Shown here: positions 10,600-23,762 of the stretch, piece after piece
Numbering within the stretch: the stretch's first letter is position 1
Layout of the letters: the number at the start of each line of letters is the position of its first letter
Origin: Marsupella aquatica
Lineage: Eukaryota > Plantae > Marchantiophyta
Length of the DNA stretch: 64,000 bases
Direction: 5' to 3'
Assembly (NCBI GenBank): GCA_973895155.1
Contig: OZ316894.1
Span: forward strand, 21,609,867 to 21,673,866
Notes under the pieces: model-generated
Database searches by the model: none
Seen by the model: only the letters and a program-made list of their open reading frames with translations
What the model was told of the DNA's origin: nothing
Made by a program: the position numbers and the translations under genes

Positions 10600-13500
10600 A
10601 CTGGCGGGCACTACCTCTTTCCTAGCTGACGGTCGGTTCCTTGGAGGCGATCGATTGATCCCTACACCAAAAAGTACGCACTGCGCGCTAAGCTAGTCCT
10701 TAGGGAGATTTGGAGAACTAGCGATGATTCTCAATAACCTCGTGAGTTTTTTTCATGCCAAAAAACAACTTGGAGCAGAAAACTTGATTGACAGCAAGAA
10801 ACTGTGGCACAGAATGATACAACTTAAGAAGGTGGTCGATTTATATAAACAGCAATGTTTGCGTATGATCTGTTCTAGTGGTCTCACGCGCGTCCTGGCC
10901 CACTTCTGTACCTTGCCACCCATGACTCTTTCAGCCCCGGGTAAATTAGAACTTGCAAATTGAAACCACAGCAGCCCGAGCAGCAGCCTTGGAAACTGAC
11001 AACCTGGGCAGGTAGTCTGTGACCGACCGGGGCTGGTCACGTGAAAGATCTTGTGATCCTAGGCTCCTCAATAGTGTTGCTTATCAAGAGATGGTGGCAG
11101 TCTCAATTCTCTCAATGAAGCGAGGTTCTTTGTGCCAATTCAAAACAACCGAAAAAGAAAAAAGTACTTTAGTTCTCAATGGCGGCCTTAGAAGTAGAAT
11201 GATGTAACACGACTCTTTGATACATGTTTCCTATTATTTCATTCATGAATTGATAGGCGAAATTATAGCACTTCAAGTCAAGTCGATTCAAGTCGACATG
11301 CACGTCGTCGAATCTGAATGACTGTTTCGCGACGACCGATTCAAGTGAGCACGCTGAGAGACCCGTCCTACAAAATAATGTCATACCTGAGATCTACAGT
11401 CTGGACACTTTGCAAAGGCATGACCTCAACAAACTGGCCATATAGAAAGGGTCCAGGGGAGGCCCACGGCGAAGCATAGTCATGAGCTTAAACATAAAAT
11501 GATAGCTAGCAGTGATCAAATAGATACAAATGATCATTTTATTAAACGTACGCATGCAGTCCTCAAAGTTCTCTCTATGGGATGCCTCAGTTGACGTGTG
11601 GCCCGCCGAGTATCTTCTTTGTTGTTTTGAAACGCATATCTGCGAGCCATTAAAGGTCTCTCCGTTTAGGGGCGAGTCCTCTTGACTTCCAGCGAAAAAT
11701 TACCGGAAATTGCGTTGTACTGTCGTGCATTGTGCATGGGGTGACTCTCCGGGTGAAACTGAGAAGAGGCTCGCATGAAATGATTGCCTGGATGTCACCT
11801 TTCTTGTTGAGACGATCCTGCCCTAGTCGAGGCCATCGAGACCTGAAGTGCTGCCACCCAAGGTATGGACGCGACCCTATTTCACCCCCACTTGTCGCGT
11901 TTTCTCTTGTTGGGACGTAGAGTTGGTACGTAGTAAGTCACTTGGGACGCAAATTCATGAAACGGCGAGTATCACGCGTAGAGTTTACGGAAAACTGAAA
12001 TTCTTTGACCATTGTCCCTGTACGTAGTATCACGTGGGAAATAGTTATGGAGGAATCACAATTCGTTGAGCTAAAATGAGATCAAAGAGTGGGACCTCAG
12101 AATCTGAAATTTGTTTGTCGCGCTGGGCTAAGAGAATTATTTGGGTGACATCTGAACTTGTACAAAAAGCGAGAAAAGGGCGAAGATTATTCGTTTGAGA
12201 CCAGGTTGACCAAACACTAAACCCTCTTTGTCGACTCGTCAGACCTGATTATATACCCTGGAGACTCGCAACCTGGGCGAGCTAGACTAGTGGGTACCCA
12301 ACTACGTACCTATAGGCACGTGAACCTCGGTCCTCAATGCTTCCTGATCATCTATGAATCATAGTGGGGACGAGTACACGACTTCCAGGCACGTCAACAG
12401 CTAGATCTGGAATCCAGGACTTTGACTCCATCTGAGTCAGCCAATAAAATACCATATAAGATACTCACAGTCAGAATGATGTACTGGGAGACAAGTAGGT
12501 ATTTACATCGATCTAGGAAGATCCGATTCAACAGGAGAAGACTATTGCAAACGACGAGCTCGATCCAATGATTGAGCTGCTTAATTGCTTGAAGAGACTA
12601 CAGTCTTCCCCCTAACACAGCGTCCGTGTTTGAAAATGTATTTTTTTAGGTTTCCATAAGAAAAAATAATACCTACAAAAATTGAAAACACACAATGAAC
12701 TCAAATACAACACCCTGGGGGCACTATTCAAACAGTGCTCCCCATGGCCCAGTATTTCAATACAATGCCATGGCATTGTGTTCGAGGGTAGAGAATAGTG
12801 TACTGGTTTGAGAAAATCTGACTCCTGGCCTGCTTGCAATCCCTTCTTATTAATTAATTTGTGGACTCCCATGTTATTTTAGAGGCAATTATCTAGAAAC
12901 TGAAGCCTAGATGGACCTCCAATTCTAAAGAAAATAAATTTCAAAAATATACATGTCAATGTCTGATTGACACTTGAAAGAGTTGCCAAACTTACCAAGG
13001 CAACCATAATTAGCATCAATCACAAAACTAATGGCACTATGAATTACTGTCACACTCATTGGAAAGAAAGCTATAGAACATTGGAAACTTATAATCTACT
13101 CAAAACTCAACTAAATCTATCAATGTTAAGTTCATTAAAAAGCTAAAGAAATTCTAAAATTCATAATCTCCTTAGTACTCGATAAAATCTGTCAATTTTA
13201 GGTTCATTCTCATGGAAAGGGTAAACATTTCAGGGGTTGTACAACAAAGATTTCTATTCACGTTAGAGATTATGAAATCACGGGTAAAATTTATTTTTCA
13301 AATTACTTACTCAATTCTTATTGAATGGTGACAATACTGAGCTCGATCATTAGGACCATCTCTTCAAGATCTTTCCAACACCATATTATACATGAGTTTT
13401 CATTATGATTTGACTCAACAATGTCAAATCAAAAATTGATGCTGGGAAAATTTTATGTTTTGAATAAAATCAAAATGTAAATAAACCGTTAGTGTGAGCA

Positions 13501-15179
13501 GTTTTACCTCAATCTTTTGTCTTTTGATTTGCATGTCAGTTTTTTTATATTCTTTTTTACGGCATGGCATCCCAATTTTTACAGCAAAGTTGCCACAAAC
13601 ACGAATGCAGAAGTTAATTATATCCAAAAACAAGTCTTGTCCTATTTGCAATGTGCCATGATGATGTGGTGTGCTATGGAGCCAGGAATTTTGGAAAGGA
13701 CTTCTAATGAGGGTCCGTAATTAGAACTCGCTTTTTCTCTTGGAGATGAATTTGGAGTGGTGCACACCACTGTGAAGATGAGGTTGTGTGAATTCAAAGC
13801 TAACAGTAGACACATGTTCAGTCGGTAGCTAGACCTTGCATGAGCAACGGTAAATAAACATGAAAATTTTGTGACCACAAAAAAAGGATACCAGGTAGTT
13901 AGACACGTACCTTGAGCAAGGGTAAATGAAAATGGAATCCATGGCCACACGGGTGGCCACAACAGAATGACACCTAAATGTAATATGGCTTGTCAAGGTA
14001 TCATGGTTGTGATTATTGGAGGTCTGTCCTTAAACAGCCGCTAGGGATATAAAAGGGGGAAGTGTCCAAAATTTCTCCCTTATAGTTTTCACTTTACTCA
14101 TTTCTTATGCTCTCCCCACTCCACATTGCTCCACAAATTTAGGAAACGATACTATTTATGGTGAAACTTGGTAGATTTTTGTCATGGCTGGTGGTGGTTT
14201 AAGGGGCACTTTTATAAGTAGCCATTAAGGTTTTTATCCGGGTCATAAAACCATTTTAGGTCTTATCAATCTCACTTACAGTCCTTTTTTTGTCCTGGTC
14301 ATTAAACCACTTTATGTCCTTACCTCACTTTCTGCCCTCATAAGGGCACCTTTATAAGTAGCCATTAAGGTTTTCATCCTGGTCATAAAACCATTTTATG
14401 TCATTGGCCTTATCTCACCTATGGCCCTGATTTTGTAGTGGCCACGTACAGAACCAATAAACCATTTTATGTCATTGGCTTTATCTCCCCTATGGCCCTG
14501 CTTTTGTAGTGGCCACAGAACCATTGTATGTCCTTACCTCACTTATATATGGCCTTCTTAGAGATACCTTTATAAGTAGCCAATAGGGCGTGTCAAAGTA
14601 GTGCCACAAGCAAAGTCGATCTTATGGCTGTGACGTTTTGGACAATGTCATATCCTTTGGGGCATGTATTCCAGATTAATTAAACGTCCCCCATAATTAA
14701 AACCAGTTTATGTACTTGCCTAGTGCCCTGTTTTGATACGCCCAAGTAAAGGTTTTGTCCTGGTCCTTGAACCCCGCCTTGAACTCTGGGCGCATCTCAT
14801 TTATTAGCCATGGCTAAGACTACCCAGGAGTTTGCGTCACTGCTATTGGAAAGATCTATTTTTCTTTATCTTGTGTCTTGTGTGTGTTAGTTTATGCCGC
14901 TAGTATAACCTATTTACTTCCCTACTTAGGTTTTAGCAAACTAGGATAGCACTCAATCATATGAGTTCCAGGCTCCGATCCCATAGACCATAAGATGATG
15001 TATACCCAAGGGGAACCCAAAATAATGTGTGCTCATATTTGAGATTTCACCCACTATAAGTAAGAGAGACCAGGTTATAGTGGAGCTTGTGGCCTGGCTT
15101 GTGGATCTAGGCTATGGTGAATGTACACATTATGACTGTTCATAGTAATTTTTCTCTCACGGCCATGGATGTACTCTCT

Positions 15180-15680
15180 TTGTAGGTGTTTATTCGTGGT
15201 TGTATATATGCTGGTTCCTTGGCTGTCATGTTGTCCGATTACATCCCCAATAGTGTCTTCCATTGGCCCACCACTTTTTTTTCTGACCACACACTTATGG
15301 TAGCAAATTTTTGTGATGCTACAAAGTGCTCAAACTCAAGCAATCCATCCTCTATCTCTGGCCATGGCTACAAGTGTGCCTTGGCAGCTGCTTGCCCCCT
15401 TAGAGGACCTTTAGGCCCCCCTTGCAGATTTAATTACAACCCTCGATGTAAATCATTAATTAGTTCATCCCACTATGGCTTACATGTGGACTGAGCACTC
15501 ACATTGACACCTATAGTTCTTTTCCTTCTTGTTGTTTCCTCTTTTTAGGTTTTTGGGGTTTCCCTCTGCTCCCTTCTTTTCACTTGGATGTTTGTCCACT
15601 TTGGAATTCTTTTGTTTGTTCTTCATTGTTTGATCCCTTCTCATAAAAAAATATCTTTTGTTTTCTAGTTTTTGTCCGTG
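15180..15680 (+). pseudogene. Decayed 3' end of a CRE-like non-LTR retrotransposon
   Basis: ~15318-15410 translates to LQSAQTQAIHPLSLAMATSVPWQLLAPLED, matching LQRAQARAVYRRSLTVGASVTPQRLAPLED at the end of the 16883..19579 ORF; the T-rich 3' UTR matches the reverse complement of 16641-16830. Confidence 0.7.
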
Positions 15681-16640
15681 GTGTTATCTCATTTATCCCC
15701 TGTTGTTCTCCTTATACAACCTTTTTATGTGCTCGGTTTATCTCACTTATCATAAATTGCGCTTTTGTCCTGGCCATGAAAGTATTTTATGTCGTTACCC
15801 CTCTTACGGCGCGCTTTTACAAGGGGATACTGTTGTGCTGACTAGGACGCCCTTTGACAAGAGGACCCCTTTTGTAAATATTTTTGTTTTTTATTTTATG
15901 TCCTTGGTCATCTCAACTCTCCCCTGCTTTTGCTGTATTAGTTAGTCATAAAACCATTCTATGTCCTTGGTCTTATTTCACTTATCTTTGCACTTTTTCC
16001 TGATAGTAAATCCATTTTATGTTCTTGGTTTTATGTTCTTGGCCATAAAACCTTTTTGTGGGCATTAATATTTGTACTGGCCAAATAGGGGTTCTTGGCA
16101 TAAAACCAGTTTATGTCTTTAACTCACTTAGGGGGGTTATGTCTCTAACCCAGTTTTATGTCTTTATCTCACCCAGTGGGGTTTGTGTCTCTAACTCACT
16201 ATGGCTGCGCTTTTGTCCTGGACATAAAACCATTTTTAATGTCGTTACCTTACTGAGTGGGGTTTCCGGGTCTTTATGTCTCAGTTCACTAAGGGGTTCA
16301 ATCGGTTTTAAAACCATTTTATGACCTGGCTTGGTCTTCACGTATGGCTGCGCTCTTGTCATGGCTGTAAAACCATTTTAAAACCCTTTTATGTCATTAC
16401 CTCACTAACGGCGCTTTGACAAGAGTATCCTGTTGTGCAGGACGGCATTCCTAACGTCAATTAGCATCTAACGCCATTCCTAGCGTCAGTTAGCCTAAAC
16501 CTCCCTAAGTGAGGTAAAGACATAAAATGGAGGTAACTTCAGTTAGCATCTAACGCCATTCCTAACGTCAGCTAGCATAAACCCCCCTGAGTAAGTTAAA
16601 GACATAAAATGGAGGTTTTTATGTCTTTACCTCACTTAGG

Positions 16641-19610
16641 CAAAAGAAACTAGAAGTGAATATACAGAAAAAGGCCAAATAGAGTACAAAAGAATAAACA
16701 AGAGAGGTCCCAAGTGGACAAAACCAAACGCAAAAGAAGTGAGCAAAAGGAAACCCTAAAGACCAAGAAAGAGGAACTAAAAGAAGTGAGCAAAAGGAAA
16801 CCCCTAAAAACCAAGAAAGAGTAACTAAAACTACCGCAAATGGACCGAGGTCCTCATCATACCTAGCAAATGTGGCTACAAGCTAGTGGTCTACATCAAG
16901 TGTCGAAACTAGATCGGCAAGTGGGACAGGAATGTCCTCTAGGGGGGCTAGCCGCTGCGGAGTCACACTAGCACCCACTGTCAGAGATCGACGATAGACG
17001 GCCCGAGCTTGAGCACGCTGTAAGGTGACTGAAATGCGTTGGCGAAAGTGCGTGGTCAAAACAGATAGCGGGGGCCCGGTGGGACCCATCCGGCCGTGAA
17101 CATCCCGAGCAGCTTGGCGAAGAAGCCCGTCGAACTGATGATGAAGACGCCCAAATATCTCAAGAGCAAGGGGCAGGAAGCTATCAGATGAAGCTCGTGC
17201 AGCATATTTGGCCTCCTTCGTTTGTGCTGCTCGTGATGCTGCTGCCCCTGCCGTTGTTGCCGCTGTCCCAATGATGTCTTGGCGCAATGGGTTTGCCACC
17301 ACTACATCTGCCAAAGTACGGTGACCGTCACGGACCATGGTAAGATCCACCCGTAACCGCTGTGATGGAGGACCAGGTAACTCGAGCACCACCTCCCGCC
17401 GCGCGCAGACCAAAGAGCCAGAGAGAACCTGAGCAGTCGCATCTCTCACAGCGTCGTGAACAAAAATGGTTTCGCCGCCCAAACTGCATCGAAGAAGATG
17501 GACACCTGTGGCATCACAAGGCTTCCCACAAGTGCAAGTAGGAGGTAAACCAGCAAGAAGTGGGTGGGGCAAGCCCATACGAAGACGCATGGCTGTCGCA
17601 AACTCCGCTGAAGACATCCGCAGGTGAGGAATGACTGGATTGGCCTGAAGCCAGCCTCCTGCGCCCTTCCCTCCGGAAGAAAGAATCCGAGCTCGGTCCG
17701 TGTCAGGTGCCTCGGTGAGGATGCTGGAGAGGGTGAAAGCGTGCATACGCCCAGCAAGGTCTGCCTGAAGACGGACGGGGTCCAAGGATAAAAACTCCTG
17801 GAATGAAGGTAACGCAGCTCGAACAGGATCGGGTAATGATGACCGAGCCGTGCGCAAATGAACCTGAAATGGGAGGGAACCCTCCTCGACCTCCATGAGA
17901 GATGAAAGTAAAAAAGGTCGATCCTCAGTAAGGAAACGATCTGCCAACAATGAGAAGGCGGCCGCCCACGCGCCCAAGAAGGCCAAAGGTGCAAGGCGCT
18001 CAGTGGAAGTAAGCCCAAAACCACCATGAGAAATAGGAAGACTGAGCTGTCGATGAAGCCACGGAGATGAGAGTAAAGTACCTGGCCCTAAAAGAGAGGC
18101 CAAAGTCTCACGAATGGAGACATCAAACGCTCGGAGGTGTAGAGAAAGATCCTCGGTAGGGGGATGTGTCCGAGCCAAATAGGACGCACGAGGGTGGATG
18201 CATCTCAATAACAACCCAAATGCTGCCTGAGAGTCTGCTAACTTAGGGAGCATAGGAGTAGGGGCTAAGGCAGCCTGGAGAGCGTCAGCAATGAAAGATG
18301 AGCAAAAGGAGGCGGTACCGACTGGGGAGCCAAGGACCCGAAGACCGTCGGCAGGACGTAAGAACCCAGGGGGAAGCGCAAGATCAGAGGGTAACCCAGC
18401 TGGACTCCATGCACGACTCTTCACCGGCTGTACTCGTAAACCGAGGCCCAACAAATGGGTGGAAAGGGTGGCGAGGGCAGAAGTAACAGCAAAAGGTGGA
18501 CCAATGATGTGGGTGTCATCTGAAAGGGAGGGGAAGATACACTGGGGGTGGGCCGCGGAGGCTTCTCGTAAAGCAGTAAAATGGGCAATGGCAAAAAGAG
18601 GCCCACCCAAAGGGTCACCCTGACGTGTACCTTCTGCAGAAGAAAGAGTGGTATACACTCCTGTAGAGGTGTGATGACTATAGAAGAGGGGGGCCTCACA
18701 CCCAAAAAAACAACGGACAAAGGGGATAAGGGACTGGATGTCTGGATCCGCTGCCCTCAAAGCACGAAAAATTGCTGCCCGAGAAACCGTATTGAAAGCA
18801 TTGGAGACATCAACCTGGAGGACAACCCAATCAGGGTGGAGGTCCAAGGTAGTACGAATACCCGCAATAACTGTCTCACAACCGCCAGGAACGCCCACTG
18901 CAAACTGATGTGGAGAGAGATGATCCGATAGTGCAGAGCGATACTGCGATGAAAGTGCGCGAGACACCAGACGAAGAAAGACCTCTCCAATAGCTATGGG
19001 CCGAACACCCGGTGAAGACTTAGCCATGGCCAATAAACGAGAAGCACTCAAAAGCCGAGAGACGGGAGGAGGCAAACGGCCGGCAGCAATACACTGGCAA
19101 AAGGAGAAGAAAACTGGAAAACCAGACTGAGGATCCTCAGGGGGGAATAAATCACGAAAATGCTCAAAGACATAGCCAGAGGGGCCACCAGCCGCGCAAC
19201 GCGGAGCATGGAGGAAAGCATAGGTGAAGTGGTCCCTACTAAACTGAAGATCCTCCTCAGGCTCAAAATCCTCCACGAACAAAGGGAGCTGATCATAGGG
19301 CTGCGGATGGAGATCCTGAAGGGCCGTCAAGGTGACCTCGCCAGGGGGGGCTGGTGTGGTGGGAGAAAGGGCCTGGACCGCACGACGATATTCACCAGCC
19401 TGGGCCAAACGACAAGAGCGACGAAGGCGTCTGTGCTCTGGAGGATGAGAGTGGCGAGCTGGGTCAGACAAAGCACGGGTAGTAAAGGAACGGGCTCGAA
19501 GAAAGTACTCTTCCTGAAGCTGTTCCCAATCTCCCCGCAGAAAACGATGGATACGAGAGGCAGTCTCACGATGACCCACGCGACCACCGTGACTAGGGAG
19601 GGTAAGAGTC
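16641..19610 (-). mobile_element. 5'-truncated CRE/SLACS-clade non-LTR retrotransposon (RT + restriction-like endonuclease)
   Basis: Candidate 8-bp TSD CACTTAGG (16633-16640, 19611-19618); reading frame open up to the 5' junction; T-rich 3' UTR with no poly(A). Confidence 0.8.
16883..19579 (-). CDS. Reverse transcriptase - CCHC zinc knuckle - PD..D endonuclease ORF (N-terminally truncated)
   Basis: AGGPSG, RPIAIGE, QFAVGVPGGCE, DVSNAFN, GTRQGDPLG, SLSDD, GGFGL, CTCG...HLLRC, HDAVRD, RVDL...ADV, KEAKY, FLPLALEIFGRL. Confidence 0.9.
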   Translation of the reverse strand: MGHRETASRIHRFLRGDWEQLQEEYFLRARSFTTRALSDPARHSHPPEHRRLRRSCRLAQAGEYRRAVQALSPTTPAPPGEVTLTALQDLHPQPYDQLPLFVEDFEPEEDLQFSRDHFTYAFLHAPRCAAGGPSGYVFEHFRDLFPPEDPQSGFPVFFSFCQCIAAGRLPPPVSRLLSASRLLAMAKSSPGVRPIAIGEVFLRLVSRALSSQYRSALSDHLSPHQFAVGVPGGCETVIAGIRTTLDLHPDWVVLQVDVSNAFNTVSRAAIFRALRAADPDIQSLIPFVRCFFGCEAPLFYSHHTSTGVYTTLSSAEGTRQGDPLGGPLFAIAHFTALREASAAHPQCIFPSLSDDTHIIGPPFAVTSALATLSTHLLGLGLRVQPVKSRAWSPAGLPSDLALPPGFLRPADGLRVLGSPVGTASFCSSFIADALQAALAPTPMLPKLADSQAAFGLLLRCIHPRASYLARTHPPTEDLSLHLRAFDVSIRETLASLLGPGTLLSSPWLHRQLSLPISHGGFGLTSTERLAPLAFLGAWAAAFSLLADRFLTEDRPFLLSSLMEVEEGSLPFQVHLRTARSSLPDPVRAALPSFQEFLSLDPVRLQADLAGRMHAFTLSSILTEAPDTDRARILSSGGKGAGGWLQANPVIPHLRMSSAEFATAMRLRMGLPHPLLAGLPPTCTCGKPCDATGVHLLRCSLGGETIFVHDAVRDATAQVLSGSLVCARREVVLELPGPPSQRLRVDLTMVRDGHRTLADVVVANPLRQDIIGTAATTAGAAASRAAQTKEAKYAARASSDSFLPLALEIFGRLHHQFDGLLRQAARDVHGRMGPTGPPLSVLTTHFRQRISVTLQRAQARAVYRRSLTVGASVTPQRLAPLEDIPVPLADLVSTLDVDH

Positions 19611-20164
19611 CACTTAGGGGTTCTGGTTTTAAAACCATTTTATGACCTGTTTAAAGGAAAACCATTTTATGACCTTGGTCTTCACGTATGGCTGCGCTCT
19701 TGTCATGGCTGTAAAGCCATTTTAAAACCCTTTTAAGTCCTTACCTCACTAACGGCGCGCTTTGACAAGAGAATCCTGTGTGCAGGACGAGATTCCTAAC
19801 TTCAGTTAGCATCTAACACCGTTCCTAAGGTCAGTTAGCATAAACCCCCTAATAAGTGAGGTAAAGACATACCGCTCTCTCTAAGTGCACACTCCATAAG
19901 CACTTACCCTTCAATTAGTGCAGGTCATTCTATTCTTCCCTTTTTTTTACAGGAGATAAGCATTTTTTTCTAAGCGCACACAGGGCTAAAATTACTTCGC
20001 TAAATGACAAATTTATCTGTGCTTACCCTCAATAAGTGTCTCTATGCTCTTATCGGTAAATGCACAAAATCATGCATTTACAGATAAATGCATGCCCATT
20101 CTTAGTAGCGTGTAGAATGAACTTAAGGAGTGTGGGCACAAAATCAGGGCAGGGATACAAAGTA

Positions 20165-20880
20165 CAGGGTGATTACTCACTAACCGAGGGGCTCTAAATT
20201 TAACAAACAAATCTAAATCAAGTGCATTTATTGATAAGGGCACTTTTTAGAGTGGGTGACTTCTCAAGGAATGCAACACCTGGTTTAGTGCATGCGTGAT
20301 ACCTCTTCCCAAGAGCCTAGGGTGACTACTCACTAACAGAGGGGCTCTCAATTTAACAAACAAATCTAAATCAAGTGCACTTATTAATAAGTGCACTTTT
20401 TAGGACGGGTGCACTTATCAAGGAATGCAACACCTGGTTTAGTGCATGCCTGATCAGTCTTCCCAAGAGCCTAGGGTGGACTACTCACTAACTGAGGGGC
20501 TCTAAATTTAACAAACTAATCTACATCAAGTGCACTTATTTATAAGTGCACTGATCAAGGAATGCAACACCTGATTTAGTGCATGCTGGATAGTTCTTCC
20601 CAAGAGCCTAGGGTGACTACTCACTACCAGAGGGGCTCTAAATCTAACAAACTTATCTAAAACAAGTGCATTTATTAATAAGTGCACTTTTTTAGGGCAG
20701 GTGCACTTATCAAGGAATGCAACACCTGGTTTAGTGCTACCCGATACATCTTCCCAAGAGCCTAGGTGACTACTCACTAACAGAGGGCTCTAAATTTGAC
20801 AAACCAATCTAAAATCGAGTGCACTTATCAAAGAATGCAACACCTGGTTTAGTGCATGCCCCATCCATCTTCCCAAGAGC
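20165..20880. repeat. Tandem repeat, ~120-155-bp unit, 5 copies
   Basis: GGTGACTACTCACTAAC..GGGGCTCTAAATTTAACAAAC...AAGGAATGCAACACCTGGTTTAGTGCATG...TTCCCAAGAGCC repeated. Confidence 0.9.
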
Positions 20881-20979
20881 GTGCATTTAGAGAGAGTTAA
20901 GAGCGTGCACTTAGAGAGAGTTAAGTGTACAATGGAGGACCGTTTTCCAAACGTGGGAGAGAGATTCCAAAAGTTTCTC

Positions 20980-21875
20980 TATACGTAGTATGAAATTAGA
21001 GAAGTCTGGTTTGTTCGAGTCAAATTTTTCGGAGAGATCGAAGAAGAGATCTTGCGAGTTGCGACGATCGTCAATTTCAACGAAGCCGAAGCGCAAGAGC
21101 ATCGATCGAATTTGTGCAAGCGTTTCTGGACATTTCTGACCATTGGCTGATAATATATCCACGATTGCGTTGACGAAGCAATTATCCGTAGTATGAAATT
21201 AGACTCGTGTTTGGATTGTTTTAGGCACCTATTTCGGAGAGATCGATAACAACATCTTCCGATTTGTGATAATCGTCAGTTTCAACGAAGCGGAAGCGCG
21301 CAAGAGCTCACTATTCGTAGTGTGAAATTAGACTAGTGTTGGGTTGTTCGGGGAAAATATGTTTCGGAGAGATCGATGCTAAAATTTTCCGATTTGTGAT
21401 GATCGTCAATTTCAACGAAGTGGAAGCGCAAGAGCATCGATCGAATTTGAGCAGCCAAGCGTTTCTGGACCTTTCTGACCATTGGCTCATATATATTCAC
21501 GAATGCATTGACGAAGCAGTGAACTATGATTTTTCACTATCCGTAGTATGAAATTAGACTAGTGTTGGTTTATTCGAGGCAAAATATTTCGGACGGATCG
21601 AAGAAAAGAGTTTTATGATTTATGATAATCGTCAATTTCAACGAAGCGGAAGCGCGCAGGAGCTTACTATCCGTAGTATGAATTTAGACTATTGTTGGGT
21701 TGTTCAGGGCAAATATTTCGGAGAGAACGATGAAAGAGTTTCCGATTTGTGATAATCGTCAAATTCAACGAAGCGGAACCGCAAGAGCGTCGATCGAATT
21801 TGAGCAGCCAAGCGTTTCTGGACCTTTCTGACCACTGGCTGATAACCATCCACGATTGCATCGACGAAGCAATGA
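20980..21875. repeat. Tandem repeat with alternating long and short units (~210-225 / ~125 bp), 5 copies
   Basis: CGTAGTATGAAATTAGACT...TTCGGAGAGATCG...TTTCAACGAAGCGGAAGCGC recurs at ~20984, 21187, 21316, 21542 and 21672. Confidence 0.85.
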
Positions 21876-22757
21876 AGTGTGAGAACGTGAGATGAACGTA
21901 CAGTAGCTTCTTTTGAGGTGCAATGAACGCGGGATCGTTTTTGGACTTCGATCGCCAAAGCTAGCTAGCTCATTTGAGCACACTTTCTTTATTTCCTGCT
22001 TGGCTTGTCATATACAGTCATTTACAAAAATTTGGCTGATTTCCTCCTCCACATAGTCTCTTCCCTAAAAAGATCAACTAGCAATGTCTTCTTAAGGTCG
22101 CTGCAGTCGAGGTTTCTGTTGACAGGCTTTTCTCTGATAAATTGAGACGTGAATTTCATTCTCATTGGAAATTGAGATTTTGTTGGCGTAAAAAGAAGAG
22201 CGCCTGATCCGAAATCTACTCAATTCTGCATCACCAGATCCGAGTGCCTATGTATCTTGGGCCGGATATTTAGGGTCGAATCTACGCGGGGTTGGCCAAC
22301 ACATGACATTGTCATAGACTGCTCCTTCAGAACTATCTGACATTCCTGAATACTGGAAGATTTTGAAAGTAACGATGGCTACCGCTACCATCACAGATCG
22401 CGCGAAAGTTTCTGGTTGCAAAGCCTAAACTCAAACAGCGATTTGAGGACGCTGCTGAATATTTGACATGGACTTGATTAATACCATAATATAGAACGGA
22501 TAGTTATTTCCCCTGAACGTATATTCAAGGTGAGATGGCCAACTATCTTTTCAACAAATTTGTTGCAATGGCAGTAGTTTAGGTTCCATCCGTGACAAGG
22601 TCTCACTTGAACCTTCATCCTCAGCAAATTCGGTGGGAGGCGAGCTTCCTTTGCCATTTATTCCAGTAGTAATGACTCATTCTTAGGATTGAGATTGATG
22701 ACTATTGGCACCTACAATACCCACGCAAAAGTGCACTGAAAGGAGAGCTTCTGCAAA

Positions 22758-23762
22758 ATGGACGAGTCACAAGATTCTGCTTCGAAAGGCGTCGAGGTTG
22801 AGCAAACTTTCGGTCAGGCGTTACCATCCACGCTTGTCTCTCTTGAATGTAAAAGTAGAAATGCAACCTATCTCCCTTTCGACCCCAGGTTCCACAAGCA
22901 TTTGACCTTCTTGAGTTTACATCTCGAGAACCTTTGTACCCTACCTGACACTTTTGGTCAGCTCTCATCGCTGCAAATTTTAGAAATCAATTGTGTGAAT
23001 ATCAAAAGATTGCCTGATTCATTTGGGAAGTTAAGCATGCTTAAAAGCCTACGAATGTGCTTATGCTTGTCTTTAGACCAACTACCGGACTCCATTGGTA
23101 GTCTGCTAGCTCTGGAGAGATTAGATCTTGTAATTTGCAAAGCCCTGTTAACATTACCATTACATTCTTCCCTGGGAGAATTAGTAATGCTGAAGAAACT
23201 GCAGATTTCTGGTTGTGATTCATTAGAGAACCTACCCGACACACTCGGTGGTTTGGTGAATTTGGAATATCTTCTGCTTCACGACAATGGCGCTCTCACT
23301 AGCTTACCAGAGTCACTTGAAAGTTCAGTATTGCTACAGAGCATGCAAATTTCGTCTTGCGATTCATTACAAAAGCTGCCAGAGACATTCGGTGGATTGC
23401 TAAATCTCGAAGAAGTTTTGCTGGAAGACTGCAAGGCTCTGACTGCCTTACCAAATTCCCTTGGGCATCTGGCATCGCTAAAGAAAATGGCTATTGTTCG
23501 TTGCCATTCTTTGCAAGAGCTACCACAGACACTTGGTGGTTTGGTGAATTTGGAAGATTTCTGCCTTCACACCTGCACATCTCTGTCAAGCTTGCCAGAT
23601 TCGTTTGGAAGCATGCCAAGCCTTAAGCGGTTGGAGATTTTTAACTGTCCTCTTCTTGATCGGCTACCCATGGCCAATCTACTCGGCACGCTACCAGCTC
23701 TGGAATGTCTGATCATTCAGGAAGGCGAAGTTACATCAGCATTCCCAGATTCCTTTGGTTGA
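22758..23762 (+). pseudogene. LRR-only fragment of an NLR-type resistance gene, probably truncated
   Basis: About 12 LRRs of ~24 aa (LPDSFGxLxxLxxLxIxxCxxL). The stop falls mid-repeat (PDSFG*QPRLKEL). No NB-ARC seen upstream. Confidence 0.7.

Larger units (their letters stand above)
5450..12100. repeat. Tandem segmental duplication, ~3.3-kb units (~5450-8880 and ~8940-12100), each with one phytocyanin gene
   Basis: Collinear similarity in 3' flank, intron and upstream region, e.g. AATTGAAACCACAGCAGCCCGAGCAGCAGCC at ~7622 and ~10958; GACCTGAAGTGCTGCC at ~8615 and ~11840. Confidence 0.9.
14200..19870. repeat. Degenerate satellite (core CATAAAACCATTTTATGTC...CCTCACTTA) interrupted by retroelements
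   Basis: Core recurs at 14220-14760, 15690-16640 and 19611-19870; ~16306-16530 is closely repeated at ~19626-19870. Confidence 0.8.

Noticed and set aside
14925-15000. Possible tRNA/SINE (GGCTCCGATCCC B-box-like)
   Set aside because: No convincing cloverleaf or A box; too degenerate to call.
20165-21983. Short ORFs and CRISPR-like periodicity in the tandem arrays
   Set aside because: Whole units are repeated with indels that break frames; this is satellite DNA.
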